NCBI GenBank assembly: GCA_038087875.1
Contig: CM075990.1
Location: forward strand, 3,288,001 to 3,352,000
Reading direction: 5' to 3'
Origin: Malacoraja senta
Taxonomy: Eukaryota
DNA length: 64,000 nucleotides
The notes below the pieces were generated by a model. The model had not been told where the DNA came from. It made no database searches and was given only the letters and a program-made list of their open reading frames with translations. Numbering within the stretch: position 1 is the first letter of the stretch; each line of letters opens with the position of its first letter. Shown here in pieces: positions 63,189 to 64,000 of this stretch. The translations under genes and the position numbers were made by a program.

Positions 63189-64000
63189 GGAACAGTCCCA
63201 AAAGATAGATGGGAAAAGTATCTGATGAATACACATAATTGTTCCATTAATGCAAGACATAATTTAATTCAATTTAAATTATTACATAGACTATATTATT
63301 CAAAAACGAGGTTGAATAAATTTTACCCAAACGTCTCTCCCAGATGCGATAAATGTTTGTTTCAAAATGCCAATATAACACATTCATTTGTAGGATGTAC
63401 AAAGTTGAATACATTTTGGAGCGATATATTTGATATATTTACAAAGCTCTTCAAGTCAAGAATAGAACCTAATATGGAATGGATTATATTTGGAATAATA
63501 TTAGAAGATAGCAATTTAAACAAAGACCAGAAAGTATTCTTTAATTATGGGTTAATAATTGGAAAGAAATTGATACTTAAATTTTGGAAAAATACAGCTA
63601 TACCAACTATTAAAATGTGGATTAGGAATATGACGGACATAGCACACCTTGAAGAAATGAGACTCCGCCTAATAGATAAATATGACCAATTCTTAAGGAG
63701 TTGGTCCCCTTTCATCGACTTTTTGGAATCATGTTGATGCAGCAGTACCGTAAAGATTACTGATTTCAGATCAGGTCGTGGATAGATTTACATCTCCAAA
63801 CAAAGATTTGAAAATTTCTTTTTTAAGGGTCTTTTTCTCCTATTTCTACTTTCTATTTTTTCTTTTCTTATATACACACTTCACGTTTTTCTATTTTCTA
63901 CTATTTATTTTTCCTCTTTCTTTTCTCTATTTTTTTTTCTTTCTTTCTTTTTTATTTTTTACCTCCTTTTCAAAAACATAAAACTAGAGGTTGTACATAG
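63189..64000 (+). mobile_element. L1-clade LINE: ORF2 C-terminal zinc-knuckle region and T-rich 3' UTR
   Basis: IQFKLLHRLYYS..SPRCDKC..ITHSFVGCTKLNTFW..LILKFWK..PTIKMW; stop at 63737. Confidence 0.9.

Overview
Eukaryotic, repeat-saturated intergenic or intronic DNA from a vertebrate, almost certainly a cartilaginous fish and probably a skate or ray. This is inferred from roughly 35 HE1-like tRNA/V-domain SINEs and their HER1/CR1 partner tails. I recognise no host protein-coding exon, rRNA, intact tRNA gene or CRISPR array; the recognisable ORFs are transposon remnants. Content: V-SINEs; CR1, Rex1/Babar, L1, Tx1 and HERO (R2-group) LINE fragments; Penelope-like elements with many pseudo-LTRs carrying a minimal hammerhead motif; about 13 Harbinger-type MITEs of several families sharing the end GG(G/C)CCTGTCCCAC; a Tigger remnant; a P-like element with an 8-bp TSD; a 200-N gap; and short repeat-free islands. 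The most striking object is at 51562-51864: a single Gypsy-type LTR fused to a 50-nt copy of mature tRNA-Trp (CCA included, a mismatch exactly opposite A58, match ending just before G26), integrated with a 4-bp TSD. It looks like a fossilised reverse-transcription read-through intermediate. Repeat boundaries were read by eye and may be off by a few bases; only representative SINE and LINE copies are listed.
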